The notes beneath the pieces are model-generated. The model was not told the DNA's origin. It searched no databases and saw only the letters and a list, made by a program, of their open reading frames with translations. A stretch of DNA of 64,000 bases. It comes from Candidatus Fredericiella danica (GTDB taxonomy: Bacteria > Chloroflexota > Anaerolineae > Caldilineales > Caldilineaceae). The stretch lies in the NCBI GenBank assembly GCA_016713335.1, contig JADJPH010000034.1, positions 9,145-73,144 of the forward strand. Reading direction: 5' to 3'. The position numbers and the translations under genes are program-made. Each line of letters begins with the position of its first letter. The first letter of the stretch is position 1. Shown piece by piece: positions 48,315 to 57,442 of this stretch.

Positions 48315-49691
48315 TCAGCGAATCCGGCGGCAGCACCCATAGCTGAGGCGCAGGTGTAGATCTCCGTCGTGGTCCGCCCATAAGACCTCGCCCGGCGCCA
48401 CTGCCCAGCCCGCCTCAACCATCTGGCGCGGCAGATCTTGCAGCCCTGGGCGGCGCGGCAGCGTCAGCCAGCATGAAAGCCCGCCGGTGGGTTGTGTGAA
48501 GGTCACTTCATTTGGCAGGTGAAGCGCCAACGCCGCGAGTAGCGCATCGCGCCGGGCTCGATACAGCGGGATCACGCGCCGCAAATGGCGGCGCAGACAG
48601 CCGCTCTTGAGTAGTTCCGCAGCGGTGCGCTGGAGGAGCAGTGGGCTAACCAGGTCGGTTGCCATGCGTAGGCTCGTCAGTCGCTCAAGCAGCGGTTGCG
48701 GCGCAATCAGAAAGCCGATCCGGAGTCCTGGCATGAAACTCTTTGAGAGGCTGCTGAGGTAAACCACAGAGCCGTTGCGGTCAAGGGACTTGATCGCCGG
48801 CGGCGGCGGTGCGTCAAGCGCCAACGCCGCATAGATATCATCCTCGACGATTTTGAACCCAACGCGGTGGGCGATCTCCAGCAGTTGGCGGCGACGCTCC
48901 ACGGGTGCGCAGCACCCAGTTGGGTTGTGATAGGTCGAAATCGTGTAGAGAAAGCGGGCACGCGTCTGGATCGCAATGCGTTCAAGCATCTCCGGTTGCA
49001 CACCCTGGTCGTCCATCGGTACGGCAATCGGGTTGAGCCCGTAACTCCGCAGTTGGTGGAGGAACCCGATATACGTGGGCTGTTCGACGAGCACCGTATC
49101 GCCGGGCTGTGCGAGCGACTGTGCGGTCAAGGCAAGGCCCTGTGTGACTCCGGCAGTGATGAGGATGTCAGCCGGCGTGGCGTCAATCCCGCGCTCCCGG
49201 ACGTTTTCGGCGAATGCCAGCCTCAGCGCTGGGTCGCCTTGCGCCGAGCCGTAACCGGCCAACTCGGCGGAGTGGGGGAGCAGTTGTCCCAATACGGCCC
49301 AGAATTCTTCGGCAGGGAACAAGGCTGGGTCGGGTGAAGCCTTACCGAGCGACCGGATCCCGCTTGACTCGCTCAACTGGAGGATGTCGCCGATCACATG
49401 GACTGCGGTTGGGGGCGTGCCGGCCGCGGCGCGGAGTGGGCGCCGCGGTTGTTGGCTGACAAATGTGCCGCGGCCAACGGTAGCCTCGATCCAGCCACCT
49501 GCCTGCAGTTCACCGTAGGCGGATTGGATCGTGAGCCGGGTGACGCCCAGGTCGTCAGCCAGTTGGCGCACCGTGGGCAGGCGCGCACCTGTCATCAGTT
49601 TGCCGGCAGCAATCTGCTCCTTGATCTGTTCTGCGATCTGTTGGTAGAGCGGCGCTGCGGCGCTGCGGTCAATCACAATTGAGATTGGCAT
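48315..49691 (-). CDS. MocR-like regulator: GntR-family wHTH fused to an aminotransferase-like PLP domain
   Basis: PLYQQIAEQIKEQIAAGKLMTGARLPTVRQLADDLGVTRLTIQSAYGELQAGGWI, followed by a class-I aminotransferase fold (SLSKSFMPGLRIGF). An alternative start lies at 49718. Confidence 0.85.
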   Translation of the reverse strand: MPISIVIDRSAAAPLYQQIAEQIKEQIAAGKLMTGARLPTVRQLADDLGVTRLTIQSAYGELQAGGWIEATVGRGTFVSQQPRRPLRAAAGTPPTAVHVIGDILQLSESSGIRSLGKASPDPALFPAEEFWAVLGQLLPHSAELAGYGSAQGDPALRLAFAENVRERGIDATPADILITAGVTQGLALTAQSLAQPGDTVLVEQPTYIGFLHQLRSYGLNPIAVPMDDQGVQPEMLERIAIQTRARFLYTISTYHNPTGCCAPVERRRQLLEIAHRVGFKIVEDDIYAALALDAPPPPAIKSLDRNGSVVYLSSLSKSFMPGLRIGFLIAPQPLLERLTSLRMATDLVSPLLLQRTAAELLKSGCLRRHLRRVIPLYRARRDALLAALALHLPNEVTFTQPTGGLSCWLTLPRRPGLQDLPRQMVEAGWAVAPGEVLWADHDGDLHLRLSYGCCRRIR

Positions 49692-49798
49692 AGGCTTAAT
49701 CGCCCTGGTGAGCGGCACAATTCGTCAGATTGTACTGCTTCAATGGCGGGATTGGAAGGTACAATCGGTGTGAATGTACCGGGACAATCGTTGACTCA

Positions 49799-50214
49799 GT
49801 CAGAGTAACTCCGTCAGAGCACCTCCGTCAGAGCACCATCCGTGAGGGTGGTGATCCGCCCGTCTGTCAGAGCACCATCCCGTGAGGGTGGTGAGCGCCG
49901 GGCCAAAGCCAAAGCGTCCGTGCAATCCGCGCAATCCGTGTCATCCGTGATTCAGACAGCCAAAGCTCTTGCCGCGGCGCGGCGAACCACTTACTCACGT
50001 GCGTGGCTCTGATTGGCACGCCCCCGTCCGTCAGAGCACCATCCCGTGAGGGTGGTGAGCGCTGGGCCAAAGCCAAAGCGTCCGTGCAATCCGCGCAATC
50101 CGTGATTCAGCGCGCCGCGGCCTCAGCCCGGCGAACCACTTACTCACGTGCGTGGCTCTGATTGGCACGTGCGTGACGTCGCATGTCAGCGCACCATCCC
50201 GTCAGGGTGTGGTA
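49799..50214. repeat. Composite intergenic repeat array
   Basis: Two long direct units, A at 49862-50020 (159 bp) and B at 50026-50169 (144 bp), are near-identical apart from an internal segment. Six copies of GTCAG(A/C)GCACC start at 49799, 49813, 49827, 49866, 50030 and 50185. Four of them extend into the hairpin CACCATCC(C)-GTGA-GGGTGGTG. Confidence 0.85.
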
Positions 50215-50313
50215 AAATCGATGACCAGGCGCTGGCGTTGATTCTGTAACGATCAACGATCTTGCTCAGCAACTTCGAGCCTGAACAACTCACAGTAGAA
50301 AACGCGAGGCCTC

Positions 50314-51529
50314 ATGGGTGAGCCGGTTACAGTCTCCAACTTAACGCTGCAGATTCGCATGCTGCTGGAAGGCGCGCCGTCACTGCGTGACATCTGGGTG
50401 ACCGGCGAGGTGAGCAACTGGAAGCGCGCGGCCAGCGGGCATGTCTACTTCCGCCTGAAAGACAGCGGCGCCACGATCAATGCCGTGATGTGGAAGGGGC
50501 GCAGTCAGTCAAAGCTGGTTGCCGCGCGACGGCGATCAGGTGGTTGCCCACGGCTACGTCGGGGTCTATCCGGAAGGCGGGAACTACCAGTTCTACGCCA
50601 ATCAATTGCGGCCGGCCGGGCGCGGCCAGCTCTATGCCCAATTCGAAGCGCTGAAGGCGCAACTCCAGGCGGAAGGCCTGTTTGACGCCGAGCGCAAACG
50701 GCCCATCCCCGCTGCCCCACAACGGCTTGCGATCGTGACCAGCGCCGACGCGGCTGCACTACGGGACGTTCTGCGCGTACTTGCCGCCCGGTGGCCCACG
50801 GTCGAAGTGGTGGTGTTCTCGACGTTGGTCCAGGGCAGCGATGCACCTACGCAAATCGTGGCGGCGATCACCGCCGCCAACCGTTACCACGTCACAGTGG
50901 CTGGGTGGATGCGCTGCTGGTGACGCGCGGGGGTGGCAGCATCGAAGATCTGTGGGCCTTCAACGACGGCGCGTGGCGCGTGCGATCGCCGCCAGCACCC
51001 TGCCGGTCGTCAGCGGCGTTGGGCATGAGACCGATTTCACGATCGCCGATTTTGTCGCCGACCTGCGGGCGCCAACCCCTTCGGCGGCTGCGGCCCAGAT
51101 GACACCGGATCGGGCAGAGCGCATCGCGCAATTTGGGGCGATCCGGCGCGGGCTCGCCCAGCAAGCGCTCGCGCGACTGGATCAGGAACAGACTGCACTG
51201 GCGCAGTTGCAGCAGCGCCTGCAAAGGTGCATCCCGGCCGGCAGTTGGACATGCAGAAGCAGCGGCTAGATGAGCGGTCACGCCGGCTGAATGCCGCTAT
51301 CGCTCGGCGCGTGGAGCGCGCAACGGACCTGCACAGTGCTCTGGTGCAGCAACTGGAATCCTTGAGCCCGCAGCGCGTGTTGGAACGGGGGTACAGCATC
51401 GTGCAGCGCAGTGACGGTGTCGTCGTGCGAGGCCCTCACGATGCAACTGCTGGTGCGCAGCTGAAGGTGCGCGCTGCGGCCGGGGAATACAGCGTCCAGA
51501 AATTGGGCGACGCGCCACCCGCTAATTGA
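50314..51529 (+). CDS. xseA: Exodeoxyribonuclease VII large subunit (about 4 frame breaks near 50505, 50895, 50965 and 51220)
   Basis: [14 protein letters not shown]...[24 protein letters not shown] (OB fold), [91 protein letters not shown]. These are spread colinearly over 5 track ORFs. Confidence 0.9.
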
Positions 51530-52034
51530 AGCTTCCCAGCAGCCGCTGGAGCGCGTGGAGCGCCTGGCCATACAGCGGGTCGACCGAGAGTGCGTCGCGA
51601 TAGGCCATTTCGGCGCTGGTCAGGTCCCCAAGGCGCTCAAAGACCCGCCCCAAATTGTAATAAGCGTAGACGCGCGCGTCATACCGCGGTGCAACCGTCG
51701 CCTGCCGCAGCCATGGTATCGCCTCGGCCGGGCGATCCAACTCCATCAAATAGACGCCAATGTCGTTATAGGGGTTGCCGAAGTCAGGATCGACCTCAAT
51801 GGCAAGCCGGCACTCCGCGATCGCCAATTCGTACAGTTTCAGGAACGAATACACCCATGCCAGGAACGTGTGCGCTTCGCAGGTTCGGAAGATGCGCAGC
51901 GAGATCTTGTAGTCGCGGATTGCCGAGGCAAAGTCCCCTTCCATCTGGCGGCGATAGGCGCGGTGAAAATGGTCTGCCGCCTGCGCCCAGGCTGCGCGCT
52001 CGTCGTCGGACAAATTATCTGGTTGTCTGATCAT
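51522..52034 (-). CDS. TPR-repeat protein
   Basis: 170 aa from the internal ATG. TPR-like helical pairs are visible (AIRDYKISLRI...AIAECRLAIEVDPDFGNPYNDIGVYL...YNLGRVFERLGDLTSAEMAYRDALSVDP). Confidence 0.65.
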   Translation of the reverse strand: MIRQPDNLSDDERAAWAQAADHFHRAYRRQMEGDFASAIRDYKISLRIFRTCEAHTFLAWVYSFLKLYELAIAECRLAIEVDPDFGNPYNDIGVYLMELDRPAEAIPWLRQATVAPRYDARVYAYYNLGRVFERLGDLTSAEMAYRDALSVDPLYGQALHALQRLLGSFN

Positions 52035-52262
52035 CGCGCGCTTGCCTCTCTCATTGCCGTGCGCCCACCCATGCGACTGCGGCGCATGCCACATCTGCCA
52101 GTGTAGTGAGCATTGCAAGTGGCGTCAAACTACGCGCTGTTCTTCGTTACGGTCATGCATGTGGTACGATGCGAGCCAAAAGTTTTCGTGGACGGGCGTG
52201 ACGGGGTCGACTGTGGCGCCGGACGCATTCGATTTTACTGGAGTGGTCGAAGGACATCGCGC

Positions 52263-53321
52263 ATGACATTCCACAGGATTCAACATAGCTGGCTTGCCGT
52301 ACTCCTCATCGTTGCTGCATTATCGCTTTCCGGGTGTGGCTTCTTTGGGGGCGGCGACGAAGAACAACCAACCGCAGAGGCAGCGCCGCCACGCACTTTG
52401 GTGCCGACGTTTACGCCGACGCCTGTGCAGGCAGTCCAGCCCGCAGCGTCGACGCCGGAACCGACGCAGGCTGTGCTTGTGGTGGACGTTGCGCCCCAGG
52501 CAGCTGTCACTTTGCCGGTCACGGCATCCACCACGGTGTCGAACGCCGCGCCGGTGGCTGCAGTGACGGCAACGCCTGCCTTGCCCCCGAGCCTGGAAGT
52601 TGCTGACGGGATCGTGAACGTGCGTCCAGGGCCTGGCACCAACTATGGGTTGGTCGGTACAGCCAATCAAGGGGAGCGCTTTCCCATTGTGGGGCGCAAT
52701 GCGGAGAAAACCTGGTATAAGATTTGTTGCGTCAACGGTCAGGAAGGGTGGGTCAACGCGGAATTGACCGACGAGGATAACGAGGAACTGGCGGTGGTGG
52801 TCGATACACCGGCGGCGCCGGCGGCGCCTGTTGCGCAGGCGCCGGAGCCTGCAGCCCCTGCGCCGCCCGCGGCCGAAGCCACGGCGACTCCTGCCCCAGC
52901 CCCACCCCCTGCGGATGACCCGTGCGCGGGCATCGGCGGCGATGGCTGCAAGTTTAAGTTGCGCAATGGGCCGGCGTTTGCGCAGAACGGCGGCAACGAG
53001 CTGAAGTTCCAGATCCACTTTATCCACAGTGGTGTCAGCGGCGGCCAGCCGCAAGGCAGCTATTTCGTATGGGTAGAGAAGGATGGCCAGAAGCTGCCGA
53101 TTTCAGACGGCACGCAGTATCGCCCTGAACGACCAAGGTGGCCGCTGGGCAAGTACAACTATGAGTACAAGGTCGGGCGGGACCAATTGCCAGGCAACAA
53201 CGTTGCGGGCAACTACGCGATCTGGGTGCTCGACGGCAACGGCGAACGCGACAGCAAGACGTTCAGCTTCACGGTGCCCGATGGGCAGGGTGAGGTGTGG
53301 ATCGAGTTCGATCAGGGCTGA
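52263..53321 (+). CDS. Lipoprotein with an SH3b domain and a C-terminal domain of unknown function
   Basis: Lipobox LSLSGC, a Pro/Ala/Thr-rich linker, an SH3_3-like segment [31 protein letters not shown]...[19 protein letters not shown], and a second linker. Confidence 0.7.
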   Translation: MTFHRIQHSWLAVLLIVAALSLSGCGFFGGGDEEQPTAEAAPPRTLVPTFTPTPVQAVQPAASTPEPTQAVLVVDVAPQAAVTLPVTASTTVSNAAPVAAVTATPALPPSLEVADGIVNVRPGPGTNYGLVGTANQGERFPIVGRNAEKTWYKICCVNGQEGWVNAELTDEDNEELAVVVDTPAAPAAPVAQAPEPAAPAPPAAEATATPAPAPPPADDPCAGIGGDGCKFKLRNGPAFAQNGGNELKFQIHFIHSGVSGGQPQGSYFVWVEKDGQKLPISDGTQYRPERPRWPLGKYNYEYKVGRDQLPGNNVAGNYAIWVLDGNGERDSKTFSFTVPDGQGEVWIEFDQG

Positions 53322-53342
53322 GTTCGCGGAGGGAGAAAAGCC

Positions 53343-53456
53343 AACGCGGAGTACGCAGAGACGCGGAGGCGCAGAGAGGAGTGAGAAGAGATTGTCTCCT
53401 TGTCTCTCTTCTCCGCGAACTCCGCGCCAACTCTGCGTCTCCGCGTTGATTTTTTA
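53343..53456. terminator. Long imperfect hairpin followed by a T tract; probable bidirectional terminator
   Basis: AACGCGGAG / CTCCGCGTT, ACGCAGAG / CTCTGCGT and GAGAAGAGA / TCTCTTCTC pair across about 100 nt. GATTTTTT follows at 53448-53455. The element lies between convergent genes. Confidence 0.5.
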
Positions 53457-54830
53457 AATCTCCCCGCGCGTTTCCGCGATCAGAGGATCGATCTCCTTGA
53501 TCTTCGCGTACTCTGCATCCCAGAAAGCCTGGTCTGCCATCTGGCGGATGTATTCCTCATTGTAGCCAAATCGGGTCCAGAGGTCGGATTTCATCTTCTG
53601 TAGGCGCTCGTGCTGGCCCGGCGCCGTGGGATCGACAATTTCGCCGAGGCTGGCGCCCAGGAAGACACTCTTTGCCCACATCTCCAACTGCGCGTCGTCG
53701 GGCTTGCCGCCGTTGCGGGCATAGAGCGCCTCGCTGACCGACGGGTAGCGGTCATATGAATCGGTGGCAATGGTCACCACGTTGTCGTCGGGCCCTAGCC
53801 CCAGGTATTTCGCTGTCTTGATCGCACCCACGACATTGCAGACGCAGCTTGGACCAAAGCGTCCCACGAGCTGGCCGGCGACGTCACCGGGCACACCCAG
53901 CCGCTCGGCCAGCACCCCGGCGCCTGCCTGCAAGACCTCCATCCCACGCACGGTGTCTTCGTCATGAATCAGCATCAGGAGGTCGGTGTTGAAGACGTTA
54001 TGAATCAAGGTCACCATCTTGTCGCCGATGCCTTCGATCCGATGCTGGCCCTGACCGCCGTCAAAGAGTGTGCTGCACTCGCGCGGCTCGAGCGCGACGA
54101 TCTTAGTGTCCGGGTAGATCGACTTGACATAATCTCCGGCGGCCAATGTGCCGGCGCTGCCAGGGGCGCTGGCGAATGCGGCGATGCGGCCGTTGCCCAG
54201 GTTTTTGGCCGCTTCAACAACGGCCGCGCCGGTGACATGGCGATGGAAGCGATAGTTGGGCATCAATTCGAATTGGGCCAGCGTGACATATTTTTCCGGT
54301 TTGCTGACATAGGCACTGTGGGTGCGCTCCAGCGTAAGAATGACGTCCGATTCGGTGCCCGGAGTGAGATCGAGTTCACCCATGTACTTCTGGATGCGGT
54401 CATAGCGTTCTTTGCTCATGTTGTCGGGCATCACGACGATGGCCTGGTAGCCTTTCAGGAGGCTGATATAGGCCGTGCCGATGCCGAAGTTGCCGGTGCT
54501 GGGACCAATCACGGTCCGATCACCTGGGCGCAGGTGATGCAGCGCCTCGGTCTCGGCCAGTGTCGCATAGGCGGGGCCGACCTTCATACTGCCACTGGGG
54601 AATGACCTCCCGGAGAGCACGATGATGTTGGCCTGGACGCCGGTCAACTCCTTTGGCAGCACCATCATCTCAGGTCTGCTGCCCGTGTGCTTCCAGTTGA
54701 TATTGAACAGGTTGATAGGGTCCATTTCGCTGGTACGGGCGGCGTTGGCTTTTTCCCGCAGCTTCGCAGGCAGCAACAGGGGATTGCGCATTTCAGCATA
54801 GGTTGGGCCGGGTACGATGGCTTTCGGCAC
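53454..54830 (-). CDS. PLP-dependent enzyme, fold type II (cysteine synthase / Trp-synthase-beta-like family)
   Basis: Intact 458 aa. Features: SGSMKVGPAY (candidate PLP lysine), STGNFGIGTAY, and a glycine-rich loop APGSAGTLAAG. The substrate is not inferable. Confidence 0.7.
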   Translation of the reverse strand: MPKAIVPGPTYAEMRNPLLLPAKLREKANAARTSEMDPINLFNINWKHTGSRPEMMVLPKELTGVQANIIVLSGRSFPSGSMKVGPAYATLAETEALHHLRPGDRTVIGPSTGNFGIGTAYISLLKGYQAIVVMPDNMSKERYDRIQKYMGELDLTPGTESDVILTLERTHSAYVSKPEKYVTLAQFELMPNYRFHRHVTGAAVVEAAKNLGNGRIAAFASAPGSAGTLAAGDYVKSIYPDTKIVALEPRECSTLFDGGQGQHRIEGIGDKMVTLIHNVFNTDLLMLIHDEDTVRGMEVLQAGAGVLAERLGVPGDVAGQLVGRFGPSCVCNVVGAIKTAKYLGLGPDDNVVTIATDSYDRYPSVSEALYARNGGKPDDAQLEMWAKSVFLGASLGEIVDPTAPGQHERLQKMKSDLWTRFGYNEEYIRQMADQAFWDAEYAKIKEIDPLIAETRGEI

Positions 54831-55076
54831 GGCGTAACTCCTCTGATCGTTGATATGAATGCTGGATAAGGCTGATGGGTACAGGATACATGCCTACCCG
54901 CAAACTTGCAACGATTTCACGGGTAAATCCATTCCTTGTCCACTTTTTGCTCAGATTATTGGTGTCGTCTGGGCAGAAAGTGATTAAGCGCACCCTTTGT
55001 GCTTGGGTTATGGTTCCTTCGCTTTCAGACCTGAGGTACAATGACCTTCTATTCGAAGACATCGGAAGGACGTGCA

Positions 55077-55621
55077 ATGACTCAATTACAGAGTGATTCA
55101 GCGTTGCGCCTGGGGCGCGTCGGTGGCCTTGAACTTTCAGCTGAGCGCTCGGCAGCATGGAGTATGGCTGCGCTGTGGATAAGCCTGAGTGCAATTGGTG
55201 TGTGGCTACTTGGTTTTGGCATGTGGGAAGCCATACTGGGTGGGCTGCTCGCCGTCGTGGTCCATTGGGTTTCTGACTTTCTGCATCAATATGGTCATGC
55301 CATTGCAGCGCGCCGCACGGGTATCCGATGACGGGGCTGCGCTTCTGGGGCGTCTTTAGCACGTCACTCTGGCCGGCTGATGAACCTGAATTACCCGGAC
55401 GGATTCATATCACGCGGGCATTGGGTGGCCCGATTGCAAGCCTCTTGCTGGGCGTGATTGCCCTCGCCATTGCCTGGTTGATTGGGCAAAGCGCCGGTCT
55501 GGCGTGGTGGCTTGCGATCTTTGCGGCCTTTGACAACCTGGTGGTGCTGGGCCTGGGCGCGTTCTTGCCGCTTGGTTTTACCGATGGCAGTACGATCTTG
55601 CACTGGTGGCGCCGGTGGTAG
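55077..55621 (+). CDS. M50 (site-2 protease)-like small membrane protein (frameshift near 55325)
   Basis: LRLGRVGGLELS start, then VVHWVSDFLHQYGHAIAARRTG, in which the HExxH position reads HQYGH. The distal motif is FDNLVVLGLGAFLPLGFTDG. Confidence 0.55.
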
Positions 55622-55658
55622 CGCGGTGCTGGTGGCGCCGGGTGGTGGAGTTGCGCAG

Positions 55659-56273
55659 ATGGGTAAGTTGATTGCGGTGATCGGAAATTCCGGGGTAGGG
55701 AAAACGACGCTGACGAAGGCGATTGCGGCCCGTGAGGGCTTCACACCGGCCTGCGAGCAGCATGGCGAACGGCCCTTTCAGCACGCCATGGCGCGTGACA
55801 GCCAACGCTACGCCCTCGCCAACCAGCTTGACTATCTGCTCTTCCGCGCCGAACAGGAATACGACTTGCGGAACAAGCCCACCATCGGTGTGATCGATGG
55901 CGGCCTTGATTTGGATTTCTACGGCTTCACGCATCTATTCTGGCAGCGAGGTTATCTCGATGATGCCGAGTTTGGCCTCTGTGCCCGCCAATATCATCTT
56001 CTGCGCACCCTGTTGGGGCCACCGGATCTCTACATCCACCTTGCTGCTCCGCTCTCACCCATCCGCAGCCGTTTTGAGCAACGTGGCCGTCCGGTTGAGA
56101 TTGCCGAAGCTCAGGATCTGATGTTGCTGGATGAGTTGATCACGGCGTGGGTGCAGCAGGTCGAGCCTCAGCGCCTGCTCACGCTCGATGCGGGTGGGAT
56201 CGATTTTTGTGACATCAACACTGTCGCCGCAGTTGCCGAGCAGATATCAACCTGGGAGGGAGGACAAAAATGA
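55659..56273 (+). CDS. Deoxynucleoside-kinase-family P-loop kinase
   Basis: IAVIGNSGVGKTTL P-loop, ...QLDYLLFR..., and a LID-like RSRFEQRGRPVEI. The stop overlaps the next gene's start. Confidence 0.65.
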   Translation: MGKLIAVIGNSGVGKTTLTKAIAAREGFTPACEQHGERPFQHAMARDSQRYALANQLDYLLFRAEQEYDLRNKPTIGVIDGGLDLDFYGFTHLFWQRGYLDDAEFGLCARQYHLLRTLLGPPDLYIHLAAPLSPIRSRFEQRGRPVEIAEAQDLMLLDELITAWVQQVEPQRLLTLDAGGIDFCDINTVAAVAEQISTWEGGQK

Positions 56274-57442
56274 GCTCAGCCAACTTACTGTCTGCGGAAA
56301 TACAGACGGAACTCATTCACTTTGCCCAGAGCCTGGTCCGGATGAAGAGCCTCTCCGGACAGGAGGGCGAAATCATCCGAACGATTGAGCAAAAGATGAT
56401 CGCGTTGGGCTACGACGAAGTCGTGGTCGATGCGATGGGCAACGTGCTGGGTAGAATCGGCTCCGGTGGGCCGGCGATCCTATTCGATTCGCATGTGGAC
56501 ACGGTAGACGTCAAAGATGCGGAAGAGTGGGAGTTCCCACCATTTAGCGGAGAAATCGTCGACGGTCGCCTGCATGGGCGCGGGTCGGTGGATATGAAAT
56601 CGGCCGCAGCCGCCACCCTCTATGGTGCGGTGCTGGCACGGTCATTGGGTTTCACCGCGGGCAAGACCGTGTACGTCTCATGCACGGTGTTTGAGGAAGA
56701 CTGTGATGGCGAGAACCTGAAGCATCTTTTTCAGGAACTGAACTTGAGACCTGACTATGTTGTGATCTGTGAGCCGTCCAGCAATCTCATCACGCTCGGC
56801 CACAAAGGGAAGGCGCAGATCGCGATCAAGACGCATGGCGTTTCAGCCCATGGCGCCGCGCCTGAGCGGGGTGTAAACGCAATCTACGAGATGGCTGAGA
56901 TCATCCAGCGGGTGGAAAAGACCAACCTTGACCTGATGAAGAAGGGCGATCCGCGGGGCACCCTGGTCATGTCACGGATCTCCAGCGTAAGTGCTTCGCT
57001 CAATGCTGTACCGTCGGAGTGCGAAGCCTATTTGGACCGGCGCATGATCCCGGGCGAGAGTGCAGACGCGATCCGGCACGAGATGGATCAACTGATCCAG
57101 GGGAAAAGGGCCACCTGGGCGGTGGGTACGCTTGTACGGAAGAGTTGGACGGGGTTGGACATCACGTACGATCCGTTCCATCTTGCCTGGAAGACCGATT
57201 TGGAACACCCGCTTGCCCAGGCCTGTGTTGCCGCCTATCGCGCGAACTTTGGCCGAGAACCGTCCAAGTTCGATTTTTGGGATTTCAGTACCAACGCCGT
57301 TACGCCGGTGAGCCTTGGCATTCCCACCATCGGCTTTGGCCCTGGGGAATACAAACTGGCGCACATGCGGGATGAGCAGTGTGAAGTCAGCCAGATTGTG
57401 GATGCGTGCAGTTTCTACGCACACCTGATCAACGAACTATGA
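56270..57442 (+). CDS. M20-family metallohydrolase, YgeY-like
   Basis: Colinear by eye with E. coli YgeY as I recall it: DAMGNVLGRIG, FDSHVDTV, GRGSVDMK, FEEDCDG, GVSAHGAAPERGVNAI, DRRM, SWTG, FSTNAV, GIPTIGFGPG. Confidence 0.8.
   Translation: MSSANLLSAEIQTELIHFAQSLVRMKSLSGQEGEIIRTIEQKMIALGYDEVVVDAMGNVLGRIGSGGPAILFDSHVDTVDVKDAEEWEFPPFSGEIVDGRLHGRGSVDMKSAAAATLYGAVLARSLGFTAGKTVYVSCTVFEEDCDGENLKHLFQELNLRPDYVVICEPSSNLITLGHKGKAQIAIKTHGVSAHGAAPERGVNAIYEMAEIIQRVEKTNLDLMKKGDPRGTLVMSRISSVSASLNAVPSECEAYLDRRMIPGESADAIRHEMDQLIQGKRATWAVGTLVRKSWTGLDITYDPFHLAWKTDLEHPLAQACVAAYRANFGREPSKFDFWDFSTNAVTPVSLGIPTIGFGPGEYKLAHMRDEQCEVSQIVDACSFYAHLINEL

Noticed and set aside
49867-50076. A 69-aa minus-strand ORF inside the repeat array. 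Also 53083..53457 (plus), which runs through the long hairpin, and 58809..59078 (minus).
   Set aside because: These ORFs are composed of repeat or hairpin sequence in intergenic DNA, with no RBS or coding composition.
49799-50214. Whether the repeat array could be a CRISPR array or a DGR template/variable repeat pair.
   Set aside because: The units are about 150 bp, abut almost directly (5-nt gap), and have no uniform short repeat-spacer pattern. No cas genes or reverse transcriptase lie in the window. The differences between copies are a block replacement, not adenine-specific.
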